Part shown: one piece after another, positions 32,990 to 41,859 of the stretch
Layout of the letters: the number at the start of each line of letters is the position of its first letter
Numbering within the stretch: position 1 is the stretch's first letter
Source of the DNA: Planctomycetota bacterium
Lineage (GTDB): Bacteria > Planctomycetota > B15-G4 > SIAN01
Direction of reading: 5' to 3'
NCBI GenBank assembly: GCA_036732755.1
Contig: DAINBU010000006.1
Coordinates: 26,688 to 86,768, forward strand
Length of the DNA stretch: 60,081 nucleotides
Program-made: the position numbers and the translations under genes
Notes under the pieces: generated by a model
Databases searched by the model: none
The model's input: the letters and a program-made list of their open reading frames with translations, nothing else
What the model was told of the DNA's origin: nothing

Positions 32990-35026
32990 TCAGCGCTTCG
33001 GCGGGCCGCGGAACTCCGCGCGCGGCGCGAACGGCTCGATGCCGAGCGCGGCGTCGATCTCGTCGGGGTAGTAGACGACGCCGCCCTGCAGGACGAGGCG
33101 TCCCTTGCGGATCGCGCGGATGTCGGCCGTCGGGTCGCCGTCGACGAGGTAGAGGTCGGCGAGGCGGCCCGGCGCGATCGTGCCGAGGCGGTCGGAAGGG
33201 CCGAGGAAGCGCGCGCCGCCGAGCGTCGCCGCCGTGAGCACGGCGGGCGCGGGGATCCCCGCCTTCACCCAGCACTCGAGCTCCGAGTGGAGCACGAGGC
33301 CGGCGACGTCGTCGGTCCCGGGCACGAGCGGGACGCCGGCCGCGTGCAGCAGCGCGAGCGTCTCTTCGAGCTTGCGCCAGCTCGCTTCGTAGGCGGCGTA
33401 CTGCTCCGGCTTCACGTCGAGCGCGGCCGAACGCCGCCCGCGCCGGAGCGCCGCCGGCGCGTGGTCGATCCAGCCCTCGTCGGCGAAGCTCGCCCGGCCG
33501 GGGCGCGACAGCAGCAGCGCGGCGAACACTGCCATGGTCGGGTCGAGCGTGGTGCGCCGCTCCTTCATCAGGTCGACCATGCGTTTCACGGGCGCGCAGC
33601 CGAGGTCGAGCCGCCCCATGCGCTCGCCCAGCGCCGTGAAGCGGAACGGCGTGCGCGTGTCCTCCTTCAGCGGGTCGATGATGAAGCTCAGCATGAGCTG
33701 GTTGACGTGGTTGATCTCGTCGTAGCCGTCGCGCACGGCGCGCTCCGACGACATGAAGGCCGGCACGTGGCCCGACACGTGCAGCCCGAGGCGGTGCGCC
33801 TCGGCCGCGATCGGCTTCACGAACTCCGGGTCCATCGAGTTGTAGATCTTCACGCCCCAGAAGCCGTGCTCCGCGTACCAGCGCACCTTCGCGAGCGCCT
33901 CGTCGAGCGTCGCGACCACGAAGCCGGTGTGCGCCGAGTAGGGTGACTTCCCCTCGAGGAAGCCGCTGTTCTTCGTGCGCGGCCCGACGATCTCGCCGGT
34001 CGCGATGCGCCGCTCGAGCTCGAGCAGCGCGTCGTTGTCGTTGCCCGGATCACGAACGAAGGTGACACCACACGCCATGTGCTGCAGCCCGTCCCAGTCG
34101 CCGAGGTGCGCGTGCGAGTCGAAGAGGCCGGGCAGCAGCGTGCCGCCGCCGCCGTCGGCGACGAGCGCGTCGGCCGGCGGCGGATCGGAATTGACGACGA
34201 CGATCGCGTCGCGGAAGACGCCGACGTTGGTCGCATCGCCGAGCCGGCCGCTCGCGGAATCGAAGACGCGGACGTTGGTGATCCAGAGCGGCGCGTCGAA
34301 GCGGTGGGCGAGCTGCGCGGAGAGCTTGCGCAGGAGGCCGGTCGAGAGCTCGCCCGCGAGCGCCGAGAGCGCGGCGAACTCCTGCTGGTGGCGCTCTTCG
34401 ACGAAGACGCGGCCGGGCGCGATCGAGGCGACCAGGCGGTCGCCGCGCGCGAGCAGGAGTTCGGGCGCGAGCCCGATCCCCCACAACGCGAAGGCGGTGA
34501 CCGTCTCCTTTTCGGCTCCCGCGCCGATCTCGACGTCGCGCAGCTTCTCGAGCCGCAGCGTCCCGGCGGGGAGCGTCGCGCAGCGCAGGTCGGGGCACTT
34601 CAGGAGGACGCGCAGGTCGAGCTCGAGCGACCACGGCGAGCCGTCGGCCGCGAGGTAGAGCGCCGAACCGGCGTCGGCCTCGCCGCGATCGTTGAGGGAG
34701 CTCCAGCGCGCCTTCCCGTCCGCGACGACGAAGCGCTCCTGCACCGGCGCGCCGACCGGCCCCTTCCCCTCGATCTCCCACTTCGTCGGACGGCCGTCGG
34801 CGCCGAGCTCGACGTGCTCCTTCACCTTCGGGCCGCGGCCGTTGTCGTCGACGCGCCAGTCGCAGTCGACGACCGCGCCGTCGGGCGTCGCCGCTTCGGT
34901 GACCTCGAGGCGGCCGATCGGGCCGGAGCTCGAGAGGAGGACGTACTTCGCGGTCGGGGCGGGAGCCGGAGCCGGAGAGACCCGCTCCGAGCCGACCGCC
35001 ACGAGGGCCAACACGACGCCGAACAT
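32990..35026 (-). CDS. Secreted amidohydrolase-family metallo-hydrolase
   Basis: The internal start MFGVVLALVAVGSERVSPAPA provides the signal peptide, preceded by a GGAG RBS. Metal-binding motifs are present: LLPGLFDSHAHLGDW, HVSGHVPAF, and PLVPGTDD near the C-terminus. The N-terminal roughly 250 aa is an extra beta-rich domain. Confidence 0.7.
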   Translation of the reverse strand: MFGVVLALVAVGSERVSPAPAPAPTAKYVLLSSSGPIGRLEVTEAATPDGAVVDCDWRVDDNGRGPKVKEHVELGADGRPTKWEIEGKGPVGAPVQERFVVADGKARWSSLNDRGEADAGSALYLAADGSPWSLELDLRVLLKCPDLRCATLPAGTLRLEKLRDVEIGAGAEKETVTAFALWGIGLAPELLLARGDRLVASIAPGRVFVEERHQQEFAALSALAGELSTGLLRKLSAQLAHRFDAPLWITNVRVFDSASGRLGDATNVGVFRDAIVVVNSDPPPADALVADGGGGTLLPGLFDSHAHLGDWDGLQHMACGVTFVRDPGNDNDALLELERRIATGEIVGPRTKNSGFLEGKSPYSAHTGFVVATLDEALAKVRWYAEHGFWGVKIYNSMDPEFVKPIAAEAHRLGLHVSGHVPAFMSSERAVRDGYDEINHVNQLMLSFIIDPLKEDTRTPFRFTALGERMGRLDLGCAPVKRMVDLMKERRTTLDPTMAVFAALLLSRPGRASFADEGWIDHAPAALRRGRRSAALDVKPEQYAAYEASWRKLEETLALLHAAGVPLVPGTDDVAGLVLHSELECWVKAGIPAPAVLTAATLGGARFLGPSDRLGTIAPGRLADLYLVDGDPTADIRAIRKGRLVLQGGVVYYPDEIDAALGIEPFAPRAEFRGPPKR

Positions 35027-35360
35027 CGGAGTCTCCACGCAGCGGGGCGAGGCGGAGACTCTAGCGGGCGCGACGACGCTCAGCGCGCCGTCGGCGCAGC
35101 GCTCTCCTCGTCCGCCGACAGGGCGCGCGTGAGGACGCGGCAGTTCGACCACGCGAGCACCGACCCGAACATCCCCGCGAGCCAACCGTGCCGTCGCCGG
35201 GTGACGAGCTGCAGGCGTCCGGCTTCGCACGTCCTGCAGATCAGTTCATCGTGGGCGGAATCCTCGAAAGTCCGCGAACCCCGCTGCGACCGCGCACCAG
35301 ACGGACTCGAGTGCGAGAGTCGACGCGCGGTCCGCTTCCTGATCGCGGCGCGGGACTGCT

Positions 35361-35741
35361 TCAAGACGCCGACTGTTCGATGCTGGGTGGAGGGATCAAG
35401 TTGACGTCGATGTCGCGCTCGAACCTCTCGAGGGTTCCGTTGGAGCGCAGCACCTCCGTGATGGCGTCCAGGCGATTCATCGCCCTCCATGCCACCCAGT
35501 AACCGACCAGCCCGTATCCCGCGACAAGGGATCCGAGCAAGATCCACCAAGACGCGGTTTCATGCGCTGTCGCAAACGACATCGCGACGAAGATCCCGAC
35601 GGGCACGAGGTTGAAGATCTGATTCCTCAATCCGTTCGACGACCAATCCTGCTGCGCGACCTTGACCACGCTCATCCGACGCTTCGTCTCGCGGAGGATT
35701 CGCGTCGCCTGCCACTTCGGCAAGTCGCTTCCAGGTTGCAT
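35361..35741 (-). CDS. Small membrane protein (hypothetical)
   Basis: The internal start MQPGSDLPKWQ is preceded by GGAGAG. It has two hydrophobic helices (IFNLVPVGIFVAMSFATA and WWILLGSLVAGYGLVGYWVAW). It lies in the locally lower-GC segment at about 35.3-36.7 kb. Confidence 0.35.
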   Translation of the reverse strand: MQPGSDLPKWQATRILRETKRRMSVVKVAQQDWSSNGLRNQIFNLVPVGIFVAMSFATAHETASWWILLGSLVAGYGLVGYWVAWRAMNRLDAITEVLRSNGTLERFERDIDVNLIPPPSIEQSAS

Positions 35742-35770
35742 GGAACTCTCCACGACGGGCGGCTGCGATT

Positions 35771-36034
35771 TCATCCAGTGACTGCCAGTTTCTCGGCCGC
35801 CGGCGGCGACCGCCAGTGCGTCGCGCAAAACCTCTCCATCGCTCGGACGCGTCGGTCGACCCGCCATTCCGAAACGGCCAGGACGAGGAGTCCGATCGGC
35901 ATCGAAACGCCGAGCAGGATCGCCATCCCCGTCCCGATCCCGGCCTTGGTCGCGATTCGAATGAATACGAACCGTGCTACAGCCGTCGTCACGAACGACG
36001 TGACAGGCACGACGAGCGCGTGATCCCAGTTCAT
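35771..36034 (-). CDS. Small membrane protein (hypothetical, 87 aa)
   Basis: The start is MNWDHALVVPVTSFVTTAVARFVFIRIA. It has two hydrophobic helices. It is lower-GC, on the same strand as its neighbours, and separated from them by short gaps. Confidence 0.35.
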   Translation of the reverse strand: MNWDHALVVPVTSFVTTAVARFVFIRIATKAGIGTGMAILLGVSMPIGLLVLAVSEWRVDRRVRAMERFCATHWRSPPAAEKLAVTG

Positions 36035-36072
36035 GATTGCATCTCTCGCTTCACGCGCGCGCGCATCGGGAT

Positions 36073-36684
36073 TCAATCGTCGACGGACCAGACTGGCTGC
36101 TCCGACGAGCGATGCAGCACGAAGCCGTCCGACATGTAGTCGCCGACCGACAAGGACCAGTGGCGTCCATCGTCGCGCGATTCGTAGTCCCAGCCGCCGA
36201 ACCGATTCCATGCCGGATGGACGCCGGCGTCCTCGAGCCGGGCCGGGTACGCGTCCTTGACGGCGCGATGACTCTCCAGCGCGGCGACGATCCGATCCCC
36301 CTCTTTCCGAAGATCCTGGTGCGACGTCCCGAACTGCATGTACACCGCGACAAGCGCGAGAACCGTCGCCGACGCACCGATGCAGACCCGACGCCAACGC
36401 GGTGTTCCGAGTCCGGTCTTCGCGAGCGATGCAGCGAGACCGACCACGAGCCCTCCCGTGACCCAGACCAGAGTCCTCACCCGGTCCTGCGCGACGAGCA
36501 CGTCGGCGCCGACGATCCCCGCGAGCGCGAGGAGGACGAACGCCCAACTTCCGATGGATGACCTCGAACGTGATCTTGTCCCGATCGGCAGGTCACTTGG
36601 CAGATTCACCCCTTCATGCTTCAGCACTCGCACGACGGGGACCTCGCGATCAGCGTGCGGATCGCCGCGCGGCGAATCCTTCAT
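36073..36684 (-). CDS. Membrane protein (hypothetical), ATGA-coupled to the upstream ECF-sigma fusion gene
   Basis: The start MKDSPRGDPHADREVPVV at 36684 overlaps the TGA of the 907-aa gene. It has three hydrophobic helices followed by a soluble tail (HRAVKDAYPARLEDAGVHPAWNRFGGWDYESRDDGRHWSLSVGDYMSDGFVLHR). The upstream part of the 488-aa ORF is shadow. Confidence 0.45.
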   Translation of the reverse strand: MKDSPRGDPHADREVPVVRVLKHEGVNLPSDLPIGTRSRSRSSIGSWAFVLLALAGIVGADVLVAQDRVRTLVWVTGGLVVGLAASLAKTGLGTPRWRRVCIGASATVLALVAVYMQFGTSHQDLRKEGDRIVAALESHRAVKDAYPARLEDAGVHPAWNRFGGWDYESRDDGRHWSLSVGDYMSDGFVLHRSSEQPVWSVDD

Positions 36685-39404
36685 CTCGGCCGCGATTCCA
36701 GAGGCTCGAGGACGACGTCGATCTTGTCCGATGCGGGAGCGTCGAAGTCGACACGACGCTCGTGGAAGCCGGTTCGAGACGCGATCGCCGTGTAGCGTCC
36801 CGGGCACAGCGTCGCCGTGAATTCGTCGATCGCGTCCGAGTCGGGCCGCCACGCTCTCCAGAGATTCTCGACGGGGATCCCGTCGTGATCGAGAATCTGG
36901 AAGTGGAGCGCCGGCCTGCCCTCGGCGAGCGGCGGCGCGACGTGGAATCGGGCCGGGACCCCAACCGCGCAGCGTGCCTCGATGTCCGGGAACGATTCGG
37001 CCGCGACGAAGCGCACGACGCCGGGCGCCTCGTCCGGGAAGCCTGACACGACGAAGACGTGTTCGCCCTTCGCCAGCGCGTCGAATTCGAATTCGCCGTC
37101 GGGATTCGAGACGACGTCGTGGACGTGCGTCGCGATGAGCCCCTGGGTCGTCACTCGATACGCGGCGATCGGCGCCTTGCCGAACGGGCTCCCGTCCGCG
37201 TGCCGCGCGACTCCATGGACCCCGCCGCGGGCGCGCGGGATCTCGAGCGTCAGCGGCTCCGATCCGGGCAGCTGCGAGGTATCGACCGGGAAGATGCTGA
37301 CGGCGTGGCCGCTGATCTCCGCTTCGATCAGGATGGGACCGGGATCGCATCCGTAGCGAACCACTCCCTTCCTCGGATCCCCGTCGTCGCGGATCGTCGC
37401 GATGATCCGCTCGCCGTTCGAGCCCTGCGGCAGGTAGCGCTCGTGCGACAGGTCGATCGGGTCCTTCGATTCCGCATCGACGAAGCGGACCGCGAAAGTC
37501 GCCGCGACGGATTCCTTCGGGACCTTCGCCGTATCGCACGGGAGATCGGGAGCGCGCGCGAGGTCGCGAAGCGGAACGGTGCCGACGACAGCGTCGGCGA
37601 TCCTCAATTCGAGCGCGCCCCGGAAGCCGTCATGAACGACGACTTCGTACTGCCCCTTCACGTAGTCGATCCGGCCCTCGACGGGCTTGCTGGAATCGTC
37701 GACTGCAGTGGTCGAGCGCGACACCGCCTCGGAGCCGACCGCGAATACGGCGGCCTTCGCGGCCCGGCCTTCCGGCGTCCGAGCCGCGAAGTGCTCGACG
37801 AGGAACGGCTCGAGGGCCAGGGGGAGGCCGGTCGTGTCGACGATGCGCCCGCGCACGATTGTTCCCGGCCGGCGTTGCATCGTGATGTCGAGATCCGCAG
37901 CGGTCGCGTGCGGCTTGATCTCGATCTTGGTCGGACGCTTTCGCAGGAACCCCGGCACCTTGCAGTCGAATTCGATCAGATCACCGCAGTAGAAGCCGAA
38001 GTCGAACTGTCCGACAGAATCGCCGGACACCTTCGTGCGGATCGTCCCGCCGATGCGGCGAGGCGGGCAGCGCGAGACGAACGTCAAGAGCGCATTCCCG
38101 ATCGGAACGCCGTCCTCGTCGTGCACCTTCCCGCGAATGACCAGTCCCGGGATGAGCGGGACGTCCACCTCGTGTTCGACGTGCTCGCGATCGAAGCTGT
38201 GGATGTCGGTGACGGTCGCTCCCACGCTCTGGTCGTACGCGCCGATCGACCAGCCGGGGATCGTCGAGAGGTCGGTGAACTCGTAGATCCCGCCGGCGCC
38301 GCTCCTCGTCGCGATCCATATGTCGCCGGCCCGCTGGTCCGATGGCCGATTCGCTTCGGCCGCCGCGGGGACCGAGAACTCCGGCATCGTGTAGTTGATT
38401 TGGTGGGACGAGGAAGGGATCGCCCAGACGAACGCATCGGAAACCGGGTTCCCATCGCGATCCTTGACGATCCCATGGATCCTTCCCGTTCGCGCCGCGC
38501 GCTTTGGCGGCGGCGGCGCGAGTGCAGGCGTCGGTTCGACCGAACGAGCGACGTCGGGAGTGCGCGACGACCCGTTCGCCGCAGCCAGAGGTGCGGCGTC
38601 GGAAACCGGCGTGACCCGCGCGGCGGCCGCGTCCGTGACGCGGAATTCCCGATGAGCCTTCTCCCACCACCACCACCCCGCCCCCGCCGCCGCGACGACC
38701 GCCGCCCCGACCAGCACCCTCCGCGTCGTCTGCAGCGCCGCGGTCCGTCCGAAGCCGCGGGAGACGGCGGAGCTGCCATGGGCTCCTCCGTCTCCCGCGA
38801 TGGACGGACGGTCGGCGCTCGCGGCGATGTCGCGCAGGCGGGACAGCAGGAGCGCCTGCGCCGCCACCCCTTCGTGGGCGGTGCCGCGCGTCTCCTCGTC
38901 CACCCGGCGCTCGAGGAGCTCGCGTACTCGCAGGACGCCGCGCCGGATTCGCGTCCGCACGGTGTCCTCACCGGTCTTGGTGAGGCGTGCGATCGCGGCG
39001 ACCTCCTGCTCTTCGAAGAAGCGCAGGATGACCGTGCTCCGGTACGGTTCGTCCAAGGCGAGCACGCACTCCACGACTTTGCGGCGCAGCTCGGCGCGCG
39101 CGACCGCTTCGACCGGACTCTCGACCGGCGGCGGCGGGGGGAGCGCGACTTCACGAGCGGCGCGCGCAGTGTCGCTGCGTGCGGCCGACCGCACGACGTT
39201 CTTCGCCACCGTCCCCAGCCAGCCGCGCAGGTTGCCCGTGTGCCGCGGCGGCCGGGCGAGGGCCGTGGCGAGGGTCTGCTGCACGACGTCGTCGATGTCG
39301 GCCTCGTTGGCCACGAGCGCGCGCGCGAACTTCGCGAGCCACGCGCTGTGCGAGAGCAACGTCGTCGCGTCGAGCGCGAGCGAGGGGGGTGGGAAGTCGG
39401 TCAT
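36681..39404 (-). CDS. ECF sigma factor fused to a transmembrane segment and a large extracytoplasmic region with CarbopepD_reg-like beta-sandwich repeats (907 aa)
   Basis: The N-terminus has sigma-70 region 2 (DIDDVVQQTLATALARPPRHTGNLRGWLGTVAKNVVR) and region 4 (LDEPYRSTVILRFFEEQEVAAIARLTKTGEDTVRTRIRRG). A TM segment follows (VLVGAAVVAAAGAGWWWW). After it come at least four repeats of the type GRIHGIVKDRDGNPVSDAFVWA, IRGKVHDEDGVPIGNALLTF, VRGRIVDTTGLPLA and VHGVARHADGSPFGKAPI. It is a single uninterrupted frame. Confidence 0.65.
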   Translation of the reverse strand: MTDFPPPSLALDATTLLSHSAWLAKFARALVANEADIDDVVQQTLATALARPPRHTGNLRGWLGTVAKNVVRSAARSDTARAAREVALPPPPPVESPVEAVARAELRRKVVECVLALDEPYRSTVILRFFEEQEVAAIARLTKTGEDTVRTRIRRGVLRVRELLERRVDEETRGTAHEGVAAQALLLSRLRDIAASADRPSIAGDGGAHGSSAVSRGFGRTAALQTTRRVLVGAAVVAAAGAGWWWWEKAHREFRVTDAAAARVTPVSDAAPLAAANGSSRTPDVARSVEPTPALAPPPPKRAARTGRIHGIVKDRDGNPVSDAFVWAIPSSSHQINYTMPEFSVPAAAEANRPSDQRAGDIWIATRSGAGGIYEFTDLSTIPGWSIGAYDQSVGATVTDIHSFDREHVEHEVDVPLIPGLVIRGKVHDEDGVPIGNALLTFVSRCPPRRIGGTIRTKVSGDSVGQFDFGFYCGDLIEFDCKVPGFLRKRPTKIEIKPHATAADLDITMQRRPGTIVRGRIVDTTGLPLALEPFLVEHFAARTPEGRAAKAAVFAVGSEAVSRSTTAVDDSSKPVEGRIDYVKGQYEVVVHDGFRGALELRIADAVVGTVPLRDLARAPDLPCDTAKVPKESVAATFAVRFVDAESKDPIDLSHERYLPQGSNGERIIATIRDDGDPRKGVVRYGCDPGPILIEAEISGHAVSIFPVDTSQLPGSEPLTLEIPRARGGVHGVARHADGSPFGKAPIAAYRVTTQGLIATHVHDVVSNPDGEFEFDALAKGEHVFVVSGFPDEAPGVVRFVAAESFPDIEARCAVGVPARFHVAPPLAEGRPALHFQILDHDGIPVENLWRAWRPDSDAIDEFTATLCPGRYTAIASRTGFHERRVDFDAPASDKIDVVLEPLESRPR

Positions 39405-39541
39405 GCGGCCCTTGAATGCACCCGAGAGCCGTTTCCGTTCAGCCCCCGGCGAAGCCGCCGATGTACCGCGCCCCCTATTAATGAGGAAGGCGCCCTTCCC
39501 TCGACCCGGGGGAGGGGCGCCTCGAGCTCATCCGTCGTGGT

Positions 39542-40540
39542 TCACTCGATGAACAGGTCGAGGACGGTGACGTCGCCCGCCGCGATCTGCACCCCGGTCG
39601 CCGACTTCTGCTTGGCGTCCTTCACGGCCAGCACGTCGTAAGTGCCCGGTGAGAGTCCGAGCACGGCGTAGCTGCCGGTGGCGACCGACGCCGTCGTTGT
39701 GACGGCCAACGTGAGGTCGGTCTCGCCCGGCGGCAGGACGTAGATCGTCGCGACGTCGACGCCCTTCTGCCCTCCCGCGCCGTCGTCCTCCGTGATCGTC
39801 CCGTTCAGGTCGCCCGTATCGACGCGGGTGGTCGCGCGGATGCCCGGCCGGACCAGGAACCGGGTGGCGTTCAACGGATCGTCGCACGGGACCGGGATGA
39901 ACGTCTTCGAGAGGTCGAAGTCGAGCAGGATCGGGATCTCTTCGCCCGCGACCACCTCGAGCGGCGGTTTGAAGAAGACCTTGAGCCCGATCTTGTTCGC
40001 GTGGGTCAGGTCGAGGTTGCCTTCGGCCGTCGAGTAGACGTTCCCGTTCGTCAGCGTGAGCTTCGCGTCGTCGATGTAGAGGCGCGCCACCCGATACGAG
40101 CCGGCCGGAATCTCGCCGGTCGCGAAATGGGCGCTGATGCCGTCGCGCAGGTCGAGGAGGCTCACCACGATCCCGGGACCGGGATAGAGCACGAACTCTG
40201 CGTGGTCGCCGTGGTGCCCGTCGTCGTCGTCGTCGTCGTCGTCGTGCCCGTCGTGGTCGTCGTGCTCGTCGTCGTCGTCTTCACCCTGGTCGTCGTCGTC
40301 CTCGTCGTCGTGGTCCCCGCCGTCCTGCTTCTCCCCCTCGTCGTCGTCGTCGTCGCTGCGGCTCAGCGTGATCTTGGTCACGTGCACGAGCGCTTCCTGG
40401 ACGAGGTCGAGGTCGAAGCGCTTGTCGGTGACGAGGACCTTCACTCGGCCCATGCCCCCTGAACCCCCGCCGCCTCCGCATGCCGCCGCGAGCAGGACGA
40501 GCCCGACCAGCCCGAACGACCCACGTGTCGCGAGTCCCAT
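39542..40540 (-). CDS. DUF4382-like lipoprotein with a poly-Asp/His/Glu low-complexity insert
   Basis: The internal start MGLATRGSFGLVGLVLLAAACGGGGGSG carries a lipobox and is preceded by a GGGAG RBS. A 60-aa acidic tract (SDDDDDEGEKQDGGDHDDEDDDDQGEDDDDEHDDHDGHDDDDDDDDGHHGDH) is encoded by GAC/GTC trinucleotide runs. It then continues into a beta-rich domain. Confidence 0.6.
   Translation of the reverse strand: MGLATRGSFGLVGLVLLAAACGGGGGSGGMGRVKVLVTDKRFDLDLVQEALVHVTKITLSRSDDDDDEGEKQDGGDHDDEDDDDQGEDDDDEHDDHDGHDDDDDDDDGHHGDHAEFVLYPGPGIVVSLLDLRDGISAHFATGEIPAGSYRVARLYIDDAKLTLTNGNVYSTAEGNLDLTHANKIGLKVFFKPPLEVVAGEEIPILLDFDLSKTFIPVPCDDPLNATRFLVRPGIRATTRVDTGDLNGTITEDDGAGGQKGVDVATIYVLPPGETDLTLAVTTTASVATGSYAVLGLSPGTYDVLAVKDAKQKSATGVQIAAGDVTVLDLFIE
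40190..40345. repeat. Trinucleotide (GTC/GAC)n simple-sequence tract encoding the poly-Asp insert
   Basis: A run of cgtcgtcgtcgtcgtcgtcgtcgtg with flanking GTCGTC/GTGGTC units lies inside the lipoprotein CDS. Confidence 0.6.
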
Positions 40541-40802
40541 GGTGTTGCTCCCTCTTCCGGCGCGCGGAACTCCCCGGCTGCGCGCCCGTTGCGGCACGGC
40601 GTAACGAGAGGAGCGGCGCTCGGCAAGTCGAAGTTCGGACCTGGCGCGGAGATCGAGCGTGATCAGGTCCGCGTACGGCGGCGGTTCGAGGGCGGACGCC
40701 TCGAATTGGACGGGTCGGCCGGCCTCCCGTTGCGTTTCGCCCGCCGATTCCGCTCCTCCTGCTTGCCGCCCGTTCCATGGGTCCGTGAGCAGGAGTTCGT
40801 CC

Positions 40803-41813
40803 ATGAGCGCCAAGAAGATCTGCTTCGACCGCATCCTCCCGCGCGACCTCGCGCTCCCGCACCGCGCGCTGTCGCAGGGCCCGCTGCGGCCGTCGCGCGC
40901 AATATCTCCGCGCAACAAGCAGTGGCCCAACGGTGCGACGCTCACGGTCGCGTTCAAGGGGGGCTCGAGCACGCAGCAGCAGATGGTCCGGCAGTACGCG
41001 CCCGAATGGACCGAGTACGCCAACCTCAGGTTCGACTTCGTCACGACCCCCAACGCGAAGATCCGCGTCGCCTTCGACGCCAACGACGGCGCGTGGTCCT
41101 ATGTCGGGACCGACAACCTCGAGATCCCGATCGACGCCGCGACGCTCAACCTCGGCTGGCAGGACAAGGCCGTGATCCTGCACGAGTTCGGCCACATGGT
41201 CGGCTTCGCGCACGAGCACCAGAACCCCCAGGGCGGGATCACGTGGAACGAGGCGGCGGTGATCGCGGACCTGAGCGGCGCGCCCAACTACTGGGACGAG
41301 TCGACCATCCGGCACAACGTGATCGAGAAGTACAGTCTCGACCAGATCTACGGCACCGCCTTCGACGCGCAGTCGATCATGCTCTACGCCTTCCCGGCGT
41401 CGTGGACGATCGGCGGGAGCGGGACGCACGAGAACACCGACCTCTCGGCGACCGACAAGTCCTTCGTCGGCGGCCCGCAGATGTACCCGGGCCAGCAGGC
41501 GGACGCGGTGACCGAGATCCCGGTCCAGAAGGCGCTCGCCGCCGCCATCTCGAACGCGGGCGAGCAGGACACCTTCAAATTCGTCGTCGCCGCCGCCGGC
41601 AACTACGTGATCGAGACGGGCGGCTCGACCGACGTGATCACCTCGCTCTACGGCCCCAACTCGATGACCAAGCTGATCGCGCGCGACGACGACTCGGGCG
41701 CCGGCGCCAACTCGCGCCTCGAGGCGGCCCTGCAGCCGGGCACCTACTACCTGCAGATCCGCCACTACAGCTCGGTCGGGACCGGCCCCTACAAGGTCTG
41801 GATCGCGGGCTGA
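40803..41813 (+). CDS. Astacin-like (M12A) zinc metalloprotease with a C-terminal pre-peptidase (PPC) domain
   Basis: HEFGHMVGFAHEHQNP is the astacin HExxHxxGxxH motif. A Met-turn region follows (SIMLYAF). The C-terminal PPC-like end is DTFKFVVAAAGNYVIETGG...YYLQIRHYS. The start is MSAKKICF at 40803. Confidence 0.7.
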   Translation: MSAKKICFDRILPRDLALPHRALSQGPLRPSRAISPRNKQWPNGATLTVAFKGGSSTQQQMVRQYAPEWTEYANLRFDFVTTPNAKIRVAFDANDGAWSYVGTDNLEIPIDAATLNLGWQDKAVILHEFGHMVGFAHEHQNPQGGITWNEAAVIADLSGAPNYWDESTIRHNVIEKYSLDQIYGTAFDAQSIMLYAFPASWTIGGSGTHENTDLSATDKSFVGGPQMYPGQQADAVTEIPVQKALAAAISNAGEQDTFKFVVAAAGNYVIETGGSTDVITSLYGPNSMTKLIARDDDSGAGANSRLEAALQPGTYYLQIRHYSSVGTGPYKVWIAG

Positions 41814-41859
41814 GACGTCCGTCCCCGTCCGCTTTTCGCATTGCTCGACGGAGAACGAC

